From the NCBI GenBank assembly GCA_965205025.1, contig CBDBFU010000003.1:150171-214170 (forward strand): a stretch of 64,000 nt of DNA. Direction: 5' to 3'. Positions 31,701-41,992 of this stretch are shown piece by piece; position 1 is the stretch's first letter; each line of letters opens with the position of its first letter. The stretch is from Candidatus Poribacteria bacterium (GTDB lineage: Bacteria > Poribacteria > WGA-4E > WGA-3G). Below the pieces are notes generated by a model that was not told where the DNA came from, did no database searches, and saw nothing but the letters and a program-made list of their open reading frames with translations. A program made the translations under genes and the position numbers.

Positions 31701-32660
31701 CTATATCCTTTTGTTCTGGATAACGATTCTGAAATAGGGACATTTGCCGTTTATGCTCAAATCCTTATCGTCGTTTCCTTTTCTAAATCGAATTATCTGG
31801 AATTGATCAGGGTTGTGTTTGTCCAAAAAGGTAATCGGCACACCCATTTCTCCAGCATAATCTACGGGGATATGATCCGTTTTATTCACGTTGATAGCAT
31901 CGTAATTATCGTACTTCGGGTATTCCTCTGGCGAATATCTTTTGAACAAAACCAATTCTTCATTTCGCTTCTCGTGGTCGAGGTTTGTGAACCAAGCAGC
32001 GTTCCCCAATCTGCCCTTGACGACACCATCCACCAGTCGGTAGGCACTGCCCTCCTTCTTGTTTCTAACCAATTCTCTCGCATAGTCTTCAGGCACATCA
32101 AAAAGCATGTCGCTCCCAGCAGGACCGTAACCAAGCCAAAGCTTGGTATCCCTGATAAGCGGAAATATCTCCTTGTACGTTATCGCGTTCATGTTGCCGA
32201 TGACGAGGAATTTCTTGTCGTATTCAACCAGTTGCGCGATATACTCCCTGAACAATGAAAACGGCGGATTTGTAACCACAATGTCTGCCTGTTTAAGCAA
32301 CTCAATACATTCATGGCTCCTGAAATCGCCGTCTCCCTTAAGTTGAAATTTGGTGGGTTCTGTTCCATTCCCGCCATACTCAAGTCCGGCAGCAGCTTCC
32401 ATGTCGTGTTTACTGAATAGGTCTATCTGCTGATTCTTGTAGCAGGTTGTGATCAGTTTTTTGAGTCCAAGTTTCGCGAAATTCAACTCAAAGTAGCGAA
32501 AGAAATTGCTGATGGTGGGATCGTCGCAATTGCAGTAAACAGTCTTGCCGCGAAAAAGTTTCCTGTAATGCTTTAGCTCTTTCTCAATGTCTGAGAGTTG
32601 TGTGTAAAATTCATCCTGCTTTGCTTTATTCGCAGCGTGCAGAGACCTATTCCCCGCCAT
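31701..32660 (-). CDS. Adenine-specific DNA methyltransferase, M.EcoRI family
   Basis: DEFYT, VYCNCDDP, GDGDFRS.EC, DIVVTNPPFSLFREY, MGVPITFLDK. Confidence 0.9.
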   Translation of the reverse strand: MAGNRSLHAANKAKQDEFYTQLSDIEKELKHYRKLFRGKTVYCNCDDPTISNFFRYFELNFAKLGLKKLITTCYKNQQIDLFSKHDMEAAAGLEYGGNGTEPTKFQLKGDGDFRSHECIELLKQADIVVTNPPFSLFREYIAQLVEYDKKFLVIGNMNAITYKEIFPLIRDTKLWLGYGPAGSDMLFDVPEDYARELVRNKKEGSAYRLVDGVVKGRLGNAAWFTNLDHEKRNEELVLFKRYSPEEYPKYDNYDAINVNKTDHIPVDYAGEMGVPITFLDKHNPDQFQIIRFRKGNDDKDLSINGKCPYFRIVIQNKRI

Positions 32661-33244
32661 AATATGTCTCCCTATAATTCCCTATTGTAAAGTGCTGTGT
32701 AGATACTATTTTTACTGATTGCGAGAAAAAACTCACATTCTTCAGTGATGGCATTTCCGCGACTCACTTGTTGGTCCTGTATGTCATTTATAGACGATAG
32801 ATCAATGGAGTTCATTACGCCGTGTTGGGAGTTGATTCCATTGAAGACTTGTTGTAAAATATAGAGGATATAGTGTCGTGATGGAAATAATACAGATAAC
32901 CCCGAAAACCCTCGATAATATGACCCGTATATTTAACATCGTAAATACTCTTATCTTTGATTGTTGACAATTTATATTGTAGCATATTCCAAATAGTTAA
33001 TCAAAATCGTAGGTATCTTCATGCTGACTTGTGAACCGACACCTACGAACTCCCAATTCCTCATCCAATAGCTTGAACATCTCAGGTGGAATATAGAAAA
33101 CATGGATCATGTGTTTTTTATGCCATCACCTATTTTCAATTCTCTCCACATGGTAGCACTTGCCTTGTTACAACTGCGAATAACGCCGGAGTGGATATAA
33201 AAAAGTTGGCTGAAACTTATACGTTCCAACCAACTATATAACTT

Positions 33245-33840
33245 ATACCATTTTTACTTAGTATGTTCACATTACCAGATCATTATAGGCGTCAATTTAG
33301 GGAATACACCTTTCGCCCCGCGAATCAACGGTATGAATGACATTTAGTCATTCACCGGGGCTTATTGTTTTGCGTTTTTACGTTTTCTACACACCTTTCG
33401 CCCCGCGAATCAACGGTATGAATGCCTTATGGCATTCCCCGGGACTCAATTATGGGGGTATACACTTTTGCTATAGACATTCCGTCCCTACGGGACTCAA
33501 TACATATCAAGTCTGGGGGAATTAGAATTACAGATTTAAAAAATTAATCTTCATTAGGCATTCCCCGCGGCTTAGGATATTGGCGATAACGACTTCTATA
33601 AACATTTCGTCCCTACGGGACTCAAGAGCGTTTGTTTGGTGTTTTCTATAAACATTTCGTCCCTACTAAATCATGGAATCAACGGTATGAATGCCATTTA
33701 TGCATTCCCGTAAATCGAACCTACCAAGGGGTAGGAACAAGATCTTGAAGGATCGGGGATCGGAATCCCCTCCCATAGAAGAGAAGATCGGCGTTCGGAA
33801 TCCCTTCCACCCAAAAACCTAATGCTTAAATTGACGCGTA
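33245..33840. repeat. Nested repeat hub: REP palindromes, four copies of the 36-nt hairpin element, and an inverted copy of MITE F
   Basis: Hairpin element at 33322-33357, 33407-33441, 33554-33567 (3' half) and 33676-33710. 33284-33554 aligns with the reverse complement of 52843-53050. Confidence 0.85.
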
Positions 33841-34381
33841 AGGTATGTCGCGCAGACAAACGACACATCGTTTCAGCAACACGATGCGTGTATTTATCTC
33901 GCAACTTCTGTCTCATATCCCACGGTTAATGGTAATGTTTCGACGCACAACAATACACCCAACGACGAACACAGATGACACCACAGAGCGTCGTAATCTG
34001 TAGTTCTCTTCTACGCCAACGATGAGAGGGTTGATCACACTCTGGACACGCAACAGGTTCCGACTCCTTGGCAGACGCCTCTTGATTCACAAACATCTCT
34101 AACAACTTTTGGGCAATGGATTGAGCTCCTTCATATACACGCTGCTCCGCTTCCATCAAATCACAAGAACCCGGTTTTAGGTTTCCTATTAAATCGTTCA
34201 TTTCTTCAACCAGTACTTTCGTAGCTTCTGCAATTTCTTTGACTTCACAACCTTCTAATGATAAACTAAACTTCGGTATCCTCTCTTTTTTAATAGATGA
34301 TATTTAGATAGGATACCATTTTTCTACAGTTTTACAACCCCAAAGTTAAACTCTTCAAGTGACAAAAACTTTACACACCCC
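33838..34381 (-). mobile_element. Truncated IS remnant (ISKra4/ISLre2-like transposase N-terminus with an internal stop)
   Basis: CPEC, TTLCG.I.V.R..Y.C, YH*PWD...KYTHRV. Possible terminal repeat ggggtgtgtaaagttttt near 34381. Confidence 0.65.
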
Positions 34382-34457
34382 ACCCGTATCCAAGATTTGA
34401 CAATCATAAATTGCTATGATACCATTAATATAGGAAAAACTTAGAAGGGAATGAATC

Positions 34458-35696
34458 ATGTCGAATGTCTTTGAATCCTTGCAGGAACGAGGATTTGTTC
34501 AACAGTGTACAAATGAAGAATTAGTTTCTCGTGTCTTGTCGGAGAATCAGATAACCTATTATGTTGGGTTTGATCCAACTGCAGACAGTCTTCATGCAGG
34601 GAGTCTTGTGCCAATAATGGCAATGGCACATTTACAACGTGCTGGACATAATCCTATTGCTATTATCGGTGGTGGAACGACCCTGATTGGTGACCCAACT
34701 GATAAAACCGAGATGCGACCTATGATATCCGCTGAGGAAATTGAGAGTAATGGAAGCAGGATATTAACACAATTACAGCGTTACCTTACATTAGATGATA
34801 CCGAAGGTAGGTTTTTAAATAACGCAGATTGGTTAGTCTCTCTAAATTACATTGATTTTCTCAGGGACATTGGAAAACATTTCAGAGTTAATGAGATGAT
34901 CAAGGCTGAAGGATATCGTCAAAGACTTGAACGGGAATTAGGATTATCATTTCTTGAATTCAATTATCAATTACTTCAAGCATACGACTATCTCTATTTA
35001 TATCGAAAATACAATTGTGTTCTGCAACTTGGTGGTGATGATCAGTGGGGGAACATCCTTGCAGGGACTGATCTTGTGAGACGGATAGAGGGAGAAAGAG
35101 TCTACGGATTAACCTTTCCCTTATTAACAACTGCGACTGGTGCAAAGATGGGGAAGACTGCTGGTGGGGCAGTTTGGCTGGATTCAGAAAAAACATCTCC
35201 TTATGAATTTTATCAATACTGGATAAATGTGGATGATAGGGATGTCAAGAGATTCTTAGCTTATTTCACTTTTTTACCTATGGATGAAGTTAATCGTCTT
35301 GGTAGTTTAGAACATGATGAAATTAGAGAAGCAAAATCAGTGCTTGCCTACGAAGCAACGAAACTTGCACATGGATCTACTGAAGCGGAAAAAGCACAAG
35401 AATCATCGAAAGCTGCTTTTGGTGGTGGAGGCGTTGATCTTGATGCTATGCCAACCACTGAAATCCCCGCGGTAAGACTTACTGATGGAATACCTATAAT
35501 TGAACTATTTCATGAAGTTGGATTAGCCACATCTCGTAGTGAAGCGCGTCGGTTGATTCAGCAAGGTGGAGGGTATATTAACGAAAAGCAGTATAAATCA
35601 ATCGATGTTATCATTGATTCTACATTCTTGGATGATGACGCCTTGCTTCTACGGGCAGGTAAAAAGCGTTATCATCGCATTGTTTTCTCTGGATAG
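34458..35696 (+). CDS. tyrS: Tyrosine-tRNA ligase
   Basis: YVGFDPTADSLHAG, YQLLQAYD, GGDDQWGNI, KMGKT and a C-terminal S4 domain. Confidence 0.98.
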   Translation: MSNVFESLQERGFVQQCTNEELVSRVLSENQITYYVGFDPTADSLHAGSLVPIMAMAHLQRAGHNPIAIIGGGTTLIGDPTDKTEMRPMISAEEIESNGSRILTQLQRYLTLDDTEGRFLNNADWLVSLNYIDFLRDIGKHFRVNEMIKAEGYRQRLERELGLSFLEFNYQLLQAYDYLYLYRKYNCVLQLGGDDQWGNILAGTDLVRRIEGERVYGLTFPLLTTATGAKMGKTAGGAVWLDSEKTSPYEFYQYWINVDDRDVKRFLAYFTFLPMDEVNRLGSLEHDEIREAKSVLAYEATKLAHGSTEAEKAQESSKAAFGGGGVDLDAMPTTEIPAVRLTDGIPIIELFHEVGLATSRSEARRLIQQGGGYINEKQYKSIDVIIDSTFLDDDALLLRAGKKRYHRIVFSG

Positions 35697-35815
35697 AGGT
35701 TATACAAGACCAAAGCAGCTTGAACGGTACTTGATCAAGCATCAAGATCTGATAAAACATGGAATGTGTGTGGGTTCTAACAGTATTCGTAAACGGACAG
35801 TTAGAAGAGGAATAT

Positions 35816-36238
35816 CTATACAATTGAATTACAATGAAAACCGTGTTTTGTGAGTTCCGTAGATGCATCTGTCCAAACAGTTCGCGCGTGTTTAACAGCC
35901 GTGACTGCTTCAGCTTTCGTAGGTTCTGGTACGTTACCTGGGTAACGGGCATCAGACACCCAATCGGTTAATTTCGCTAGGTTTGGATGCGCGGTTTTGA
36001 AGTGCCAATTATTAGGTGCTAAATTCCGTAGGACATTTAGGTCATGCGTTCTTGGAAAATCGATCTGCAAGAAGATTAATACCGCCTTTAAAGCCTTTTC
36101 AGCGGCTTGTTGCGCGTGCCAACACACTTGACGCGGAGGGATATGTGACAGAGGTAAAAGCGTTTCAGCAGTTATTAGGTCCTCCCCAGCATAGCGCAGC
36201 CAGCGAGCCGTTTCTGCAAATACCTCAGTTGTTTGCAT
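35816..36238 (-). CDS. HEPN-domain protein, toxin candidate
   Basis: WL..A.EDL..A, AQQAAEKALKA, RTHDL, ARYP; overlaps the upstream MNT gene. Confidence 0.85.
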   Translation of the reverse strand: MQTTEVFAETARWLRYAGEDLITAETLLPLSHIPPRQVCWHAQQAAEKALKAVLIFLQIDFPRTHDLNVLRNLAPNNWHFKTAHPNLAKLTDWVSDARYPGNVPEPTKAEAVTAVKHARTVWTDASTELTKHGFHCNSIV

Positions 36239-36545
36239 AAAGTATTTTTCCTTCTTGTTGGGCATAGCGTAGCACCGATCCGATCCGCGTGCGGTGTTGT
36301 TCCATTTCTTCTGGTGTTGTCACAACGATGTCCTTCGCTACAGGTAAATCAGCCAAGGCGACACGGATGTCAACAGCCGTTTTCCGCTTATCCTTGTCTG
36401 CAAGCTTTTCAAAAACGATAAGCAAATCTATGTCACTATACCGATCAGCATCCCCTCGTGCTTGTGAACCGAAGAGAATAATCTGAAGTGGGTCAAATTC
36501 ATGGACTATGCGTTCTGCCATGATAGAGATAAAGTCGTTATTCAT
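36225..36545 (-). CDS. Minimal nucleotidyltransferase (MNT), antitoxin candidate
   Basis: IILFGSQARG, SDIDLL and C-terminal EGKILY. Confidence 0.9.
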   Translation of the reverse strand: MNNDFISIMAERIVHEFDPLQIILFGSQARGDADRYSDIDLLIVFEKLADKDKRKTAVDIRVALADLPVAKDIVVTTPEEMEQHRTRIGSVLRYAQQEGKILYANN

Positions 36546-36638
36546 CTTTCTTTCCTTGAAGTTTTATGGTAAGTCCATAAACGTGAATGCTTACTATTAT
36601 AGCATGATTCACGGTAAAATTGATAATACAAACCAAAC

Positions 36639-36668
36639 TTGACATAATATAAAAGAGTGTGTTATAAT
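36639..36668 (+). promoter_or_regulatory. Sigma70-type promoter for the leader-aroF-leuA transcript
   Basis: TTGACA, 18-nt spacer, TATAAT with a TGn extended -10. Confidence 0.75.
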
Positions 36669-36762
36669 ATTATTATTAGTTCTTAATTAAACTATTTTCT
36701 GCAAAGTTCGTTATTATTTAATAACTAAATCAGGCTAACTCCATAAAGTATATAGGTTTTCA

Positions 36763-36894
36763 ATGCAAAAGCGTCCACACACTACCACCTTAACTGTAGA
36801 ATTTAGTTGGATTCGTTCAACTTTATTTATTTACCTTGGGTTATTTATAACCCTATGGTTATTTCCCTATTTATACAGTGACGTTAGGTGGTGA
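36763..36894 (+). CDS. Putative 43-aa attenuator leader peptide rich in Leu/Phe/Tyr/Trp
   Basis: MQKRPHTTTLTVEFSWIRSTLFIYLGLFITLWLFPYLYSDVRW*; its last codons overlap an antiterminator arm. Confidence 0.65.
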   Translation: MQKRPHTTTLTVEFSWIRSTLFIYLGLFITLWLFPYLYSDVRW

Positions 36895-36943
36895 TTGTCT
36901 GTTAGCCTAATATAATATAGAGTAACTGAACTCAATTGTCACC

Positions 36944-36984
36944 ACCCAGTGTCGATAAAGAATCGATGTTGGGTTATTTTATTT
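36944..36984 (+). terminator. Intrinsic terminator (attenuator) upstream of aroF
   Basis: 13-bp stem acccagtgtcgat/atcgatgttgggt (with G-U pairs) followed by tattttattt. Confidence 0.75.
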
Positions 36985-37030
36985 AACAAATTAAGTAGTA
37001 CAAATTACCTTAAGAGTTTGGCGGAGGGAA

Positions 37031-38056
37031 TTGAATACCATGGTAATCGTTACCAAATCGGATGCAACACCTGACCAGATTGATGCTATAGTCAATAGGA
37101 TTGAAAGTGTCGGGTTGAAAGCCCAGGTTTCAACTGGAGAACAACGCACCGTAATCGGTGTAATAGGAGATAAGACATTGCTTGGTGATATTCCAATGGA
37201 GTCGATGTCTGGTGTAGAAAGGACAATGCCAATTACCGCACCTTATAAATTAGCAAGCCGTCAGTTCCGTGATGAAGCCACCGTAATCGGTGTTAACGGA
37301 ACTAAGATAGGTGGCAAAAGGTTATCAGTTATGGCTGGTCCCTGTGCTGTAGAAAGTACAGAACAGATTGTAACCATTGCTAAACAGGTTAAACAGGCTG
37401 GTGCAGAATTTATTAGGGGTGGTGCCTTTAAACCTCGAACGGGTCCGTATAGTTTCCAAGGATTTGGTGAAGAAGCATTAAAAATGCTTGCTGCAGCTAA
37501 AGAGGAGACAGGATTAGGTATTGTCACCGAAGTCATGACACCTCACGAAGTTGAAATCGTTGGTGAATCAACAGACATATTTCAACTTGGTACGCGGAAT
37601 ATGACCAATTTCTATCTTCTAAGAGAGGTGGGCCGTGCGCGTAAACCTGTTATTTTGAAAAGAGGGATGTCATCAACAATAGAAGAATGGCTACTTGCAG
37701 CGGAATATATCCTCTCTGAAGGGAATCCAGATGTGATTCTATGTGAAAGAGGCATCCGTACATTTGAAACACATACACGGAATACGCTGGATCTTAATGC
37801 CGTTCCTGTTGTACATGAACTCAGTCATCTTCCGATAGTCGTTGATCCGAGTCATGGTACAGGTATCCGTAGTCTTGTATGTGATATGACAAAAGCCTCA
37901 GTGGCAGCAGGTGCAGATGGATTATTACTTGAAGTCCATCATGATCCCGATAATTCAATGACAGGTGATGGTGCACAATCCCTATTCCCTGATCAATTTG
38001 AAGCTTTGATGAATGAATTAAAGCCGATTGCGATAGCAGTTGGTCGTGAGATATAA
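37031..38056 (+). CDS. aroF: DAHP synthase, type I-beta with N-terminal regulatory domain
   Basis: AGPCAVES, RGGAFKPRT.PYSFQG, CERGIRTFE, DPSHGTG. Confidence 0.95.
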   Translation: MNTMVIVTKSDATPDQIDAIVNRIESVGLKAQVSTGEQRTVIGVIGDKTLLGDIPMESMSGVERTMPITAPYKLASRQFRDEATVIGVNGTKIGGKRLSVMAGPCAVESTEQIVTIAKQVKQAGAEFIRGGAFKPRTGPYSFQGFGEEALKMLAAAKEETGLGIVTEVMTPHEVEIVGESTDIFQLGTRNMTNFYLLREVGRARKPVILKRGMSSTIEEWLLAAEYILSEGNPDVILCERGIRTFETHTRNTLDLNAVPVVHELSHLPIVVDPSHGTGIRSLVCDMTKASVAAGADGLLLEVHHDPDNSMTGDGAQSLFPDQFEALMNELKPIAIAVGREI

Positions 38057-38120
38057 GGTATAGGTAAGAATTTACATTATCCATAATAATCGGTCTAATT
38101 AGACTTTGGAGGGTAATTCC

Positions 38121-39677
38121 GTGGACGATTTTGAAACGAATCAGGAAAAGGTATATATTTTTGATACGACACTCCGTGATGCAGAACAGACACCCGGTGC
38201 TGCACTTGGGATTGAAGAGAAGTTAGAGATTGCCAAGCATCTTGCTAAGTTAAATGTTGATATTATTGAAGCTGGTTTTCCTATTTCTTCACCAGGGGAT
38301 TTTTGATGCTGTGCAGAGGATAGCGAACGAGGTAGAAGGTCCTGAAATCTGTGCATTATCACGCGTTGTAGAGAAAGATATTACTGCTGCCTGGAAAGCA
38401 ATTCAGGATGCTCCACGTGCCAGAATCCACACTTTTGTCGGAACATCAACCATCCATATGGAACGGATCACACGGACAACACCTGAAAGGACATTAGAGA
38501 TGGCTATTGATGCTGTCGCTTATGCTAAGAGTCTGTGTACTGATCATCCAGATGCGACTGTAGAGTTTTCTCCTATGGATGCGGGTAGGACTGAATTAAC
38601 CTATCTATATGAAGTCGTAGAGGCAGTGATCTCTGTCGGAGCGTCGGTAGTTAATATACCAGAAACTGTTGGTTGGACGGTTCCAGCAGAATTTGGGAAT
38701 CTTATTGCTGGTATCAAAGAAAATGTGCCGAATATTGATGATGCTATAATCAGTGTTCATTGTCATAATGACTTGGGATTGGCAGTAGCAAACAGTCTGA
38801 TAGCCGTTGAGCATGGTGCCCGTCAGGTTGAATGTACCATAAATGGACTTGGAGAACGCGCAGGGAATACTTCATTAGAGGAAGTAGTCATGGCAATCCG
38901 AACTCGAAGGGATTACTATGAAGGATATTATACCGACATAAATGCTACCGAAATAGTTCCTATAAGTAAACGTGTGAGTAAGACAATGGGTATTCCAGTT
39001 CAACCGAATAAGGCTATTGTTGGTGAAAATGCATTTGCCCACAGTTCAGGGATTCACCAAGATGGGATCATCAAATCACGTGTAACCTTCGAAATCATAG
39101 ATCCAGAAGAAATTGGATGGAAAGAGAGTCGGTTAATTCTCAGTCCGAGGTCTGGTCGCAATGCCCTAAAACACCGTTTAAGTGAACTTGGATATGAAAT
39201 AGACCAAGATCAATTAGAGAAAAGTATACGAACGGTTTCTAAAGGTTGCAGATAAGAAAAAAGCCGTACATGATGCTGACCTTGAAGCGATTATGAGTGA
39301 TGAAATACGATCCGTTCCAGCAACCTTTGAATTAGATTATATACAAGTGGTCAGCGGAACTAAGATAGCATCAACGACTACTATTGGAATTCGTACTGAA
39401 GAAGGTGTGGTTGAGAATGCATCTACGGGGGATGGTCCTGTTGATGCAGCCTTTTAAGGCTATTAGTCAGATAGTTAAAATCAAACTGAATTTAATCGAT
39501 TATCAGATTCGGTCTGTGACGGAAGGTGAAGATGCTATTGGTGAGGTTACGTTGAAGGTACAAGACAATGGACATGTTATTACAGGAAATGGTGCGAGTA
39601 CAGATATTATAGAAGCCAGTGCTAAGGCATATATTCACGCTGTAAATAAACTAATTCAACTCCGTTCAGAGGGTTAA
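38121..39677 (+). CDS. leuA: 2-isopropylmalate synthase, with three apparent frameshifts (~38300, ~39222, ~39453)
   Basis: [42 protein letters not shown] and TDIIEASA distributed over successive frames. Confidence 0.92.
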
Positions 39678-39691
39678 TTTATCAATATCGT

Positions 39692-39736
39692 TATAAAAAC
39701 AAGGGATAGACATTTAGTCTATCCCTTGTTTTTATA
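39692..39736. terminator. Bidirectional terminator between leuA and pepA
   Basis: Perfect 20-bp stem tataaaaacaagggatagac/gtctatcccttgtttttata. Confidence 0.85.
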
Positions 39737-39761
39737 GTAAGCCATGATTTTTTCCACACTA

Positions 39762-39930
39762 CGTTAGGTTCGGTTTCCCGAGAATGCCTAAATGGACTTC
39801 ATACCCGGGGACCGTCTAAAGGCGTTCATACCATTGATTCCTTGATACACCGAAGAAGAATTAAGCGAAGGATTTCAATCAAAAGGATTTGCACAAATCC
39901 GGAGCGGTTAGGAAACCGCTCCTACCGGGG
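39762..39930. repeat. REP-like palindromes with two degenerate minus-strand copies of the 36-nt hairpin element
   Basis: gagaatgcctaaatggacttcatacc and ggcgttcataccattgattc; ggagcggttaggaaaccgctcctac at 39901. Confidence 0.7.
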
Positions 39931-39979
39931 AGTGTGCACATGTTATTTGGTTACACTATTATTGTAAGTTATTCTTGAT

Positions 39980-41468
39980 TTACCAATCTTCAACCAATTG
40001 TACTAACAATCTAACTCCATAACCGGAGGCAGAATCAGGAATATAAGTAGAACCTTTCATGCCCCATGCTGTGCCAGCAATATCAAGGTGAACCCACGGA
40101 TAACCAACTGCAAACTTCTTTAAGAATGCAGCCCCTGCAATCGTACCTGATGTGCCATCACCGATATTCTTTACATCAGCAATAGTACTCTTTACACCTT
40201 CATCATAATCATCCCATAACGGTAATTCCCAAACCCGTTCATGTGTTTTTTCACCTGCTTTTTTTAGCTTATCCATAAGCTTATCATCTGTGCCTAATGC
40301 ACCCAGCAGCAATATGTCCAAGGCAAGTAATTACTGCGCCTGTAAGAGTTGCTAAATCAACAACCCCTTGTGGTTCATACTGTGCTGCCCAACCGAGAGC
40401 GTCAGCTAATATTAATCGTCCTTCTGCATCAGTATTTAGGATTTCAATTGTTTTTCCACCATAAGAAGTTACAACATCCCCAGGTTTAATTGCTGTTGAC
40501 CCGGGCATATTTTCTGATGCGGCAATGAGACCGATAACCTTCACATTCGGTTTTAGGTTTCCAATTACTTGCATTGCTCCTAAAACAGCAGCAGCTCCGG
40601 ACATATCGTGTTTCATTTCATGCATCCCACTCCCAGATTTGAGTGAAATACCACCTGTATCAAAGGTAATACCTTTGCCAACGAGAACAACTGTTTCGTT
40701 ATCATCCCCTTCTGGGGTATGTTCCAATATAATGAAACGTGGTTCTTCTGCACTTCCTTGTGAGACTGCTAATAGCGTTCTGAATCCTTTTTCTTCAAGA
40801 GTTGCTTTGTCAAAAACAGTACATTTCAGTCCAGTAGATGCTGCCACTTCTTCCGCTTTTTCAGCAAGTTGTGTTGGGGTTAGATGATTACTGGGTTGAT
40901 TGCTAAGATCTCTGGCAAGTGTGGTTCCGTCCGCTATAGTTTTTCCTCGATTAACAGAACGGTCCAGTGATGTTTTTTCTATATCACTACTAACAAGAAG
41001 TGTAAGTGATTCAAGTTTTTTATTTTCATTTTCATCATTATCATCTTCTGTTTGGTGTTGTTTAAATTCATATAGAGATAATAGACTTGCTTCGACAGCC
41101 CCTTGTATCCAATCATCTTGTGCTTCAGGAGGAATGGGAACTGCAATTGATGTTATACCAAGGTCACGTGCATATTTAGCGGTATGTCCTGCCACCTGTC
41201 TTACCTTTTCTGTGTCAAGTTCGGAAAACTTCCCAAGACCTATTAGTATAATCCGTGGAGCATTAATTGATCCATTTGTATATAGAACAGCAGTGGACTT
41301 AAGCTTTCCTTTAAAGTCCCCGAGATTTAATAACGATTGAATTCTGCCCTCTAAAGCGGAATCAGCAGCTAAGAATAGATCATTGTGTAGATCTTCCTCA
41401 AGTATAGGTATAATAACTGCATCAGTTTGTATTTGGCGAAAATCACCAATTTCAACAACGATGTTCAT
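39980..41468 (-). CDS. pepA: Leucyl aminopeptidase (M17), with an apparent frameshift near 40300
   Basis: VGKGITFDTGG, MKHDMSG, NTDAEGRL, DLATLTGA; the second frame carries WELPL and WVHLDIAGT. Confidence 0.93.
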
Positions 41469-41775
41469 AAGTGTCCTTTCAGTTAATAAGTAATCTGACA
41501 TTTATCAAAGTTATGGTCACACTACTAAAGACGTTGCCTAAGAGCGTGTTGTGTTATGAAAATGCGTTTTGTTTCAAAAAGTTGCTTGATTTTTTGCTTA
41601 TGAGATAGCATCCTAAGAGTTATTGACACTTTTCAGGAGGACACCTCATGGGAGCATATATTATCACATCAAGGACGTTTTTTCAATCCGCTTTGTACGC
41701 AAACGCTTTCTTTCGAGTTCCATTCAAAAGTGTTTTCAATCGTGTTAACCTTCTTGAGATACTATAGGTAAACAT

Positions 41776-41990
41776 GAGTTTGATAATAGGTCTATGAGCT
41801 TCATTTTTACAAAAATATTACGCTCATAGACCCAGTAGGCGGGGAATGACTAAATGTCATTCATACCGTTGATTTGGCGGTTTCCTAACCACGGGGAATG
41901 CTAAATAGCATTCATACCCGGGGAATGCCATAAGGCATTCATACCGTTGATTCCTTGATTCAAATACAAAAATCTGATTTATCAAACTCA
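41776..41990. mobile_element. MITE-like element containing a REP interrupted by three hairpin-element copies
   Basis: Ends tgagtttgataa/ttatcaaactca. Hairpin element on the minus strand at 41840-41875, 41892-41918 and 41919-41953. Confidence 0.65.
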
Positions 41991-41992
41991 CT

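Noticed and set aside
31698-32258. 186-aa plus-strand ORF opposite the MTase, and other antisense or short ORFs in the track
   Set aside because: Shadow frames of well-supported genes with no recognisable motifs.
32700-33240. Possible gene fragments upstream of the MTase
   Set aside because: Only short interrupted frames that I cannot assign to any family.
33926-33928. In-frame stop in the transposase fragment as recoding
   Set aside because: It is a TAA in a truncated IS remnant, consistent with ordinary decay.
34300-34457. T-box riboswitch upstream of tyrS
   Set aside because: The leader is too short and has no T-box consensus or terminator; only a plausible TTGACA promoter near 34397 next to the IS end.
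38280-39460. Programmed ribosomal frameshifting in leuA
   Set aside because: Three separate shifts, with similar indels in many unrelated genes and no consistent slippery-site structure; sequencing error is more parsimonious.
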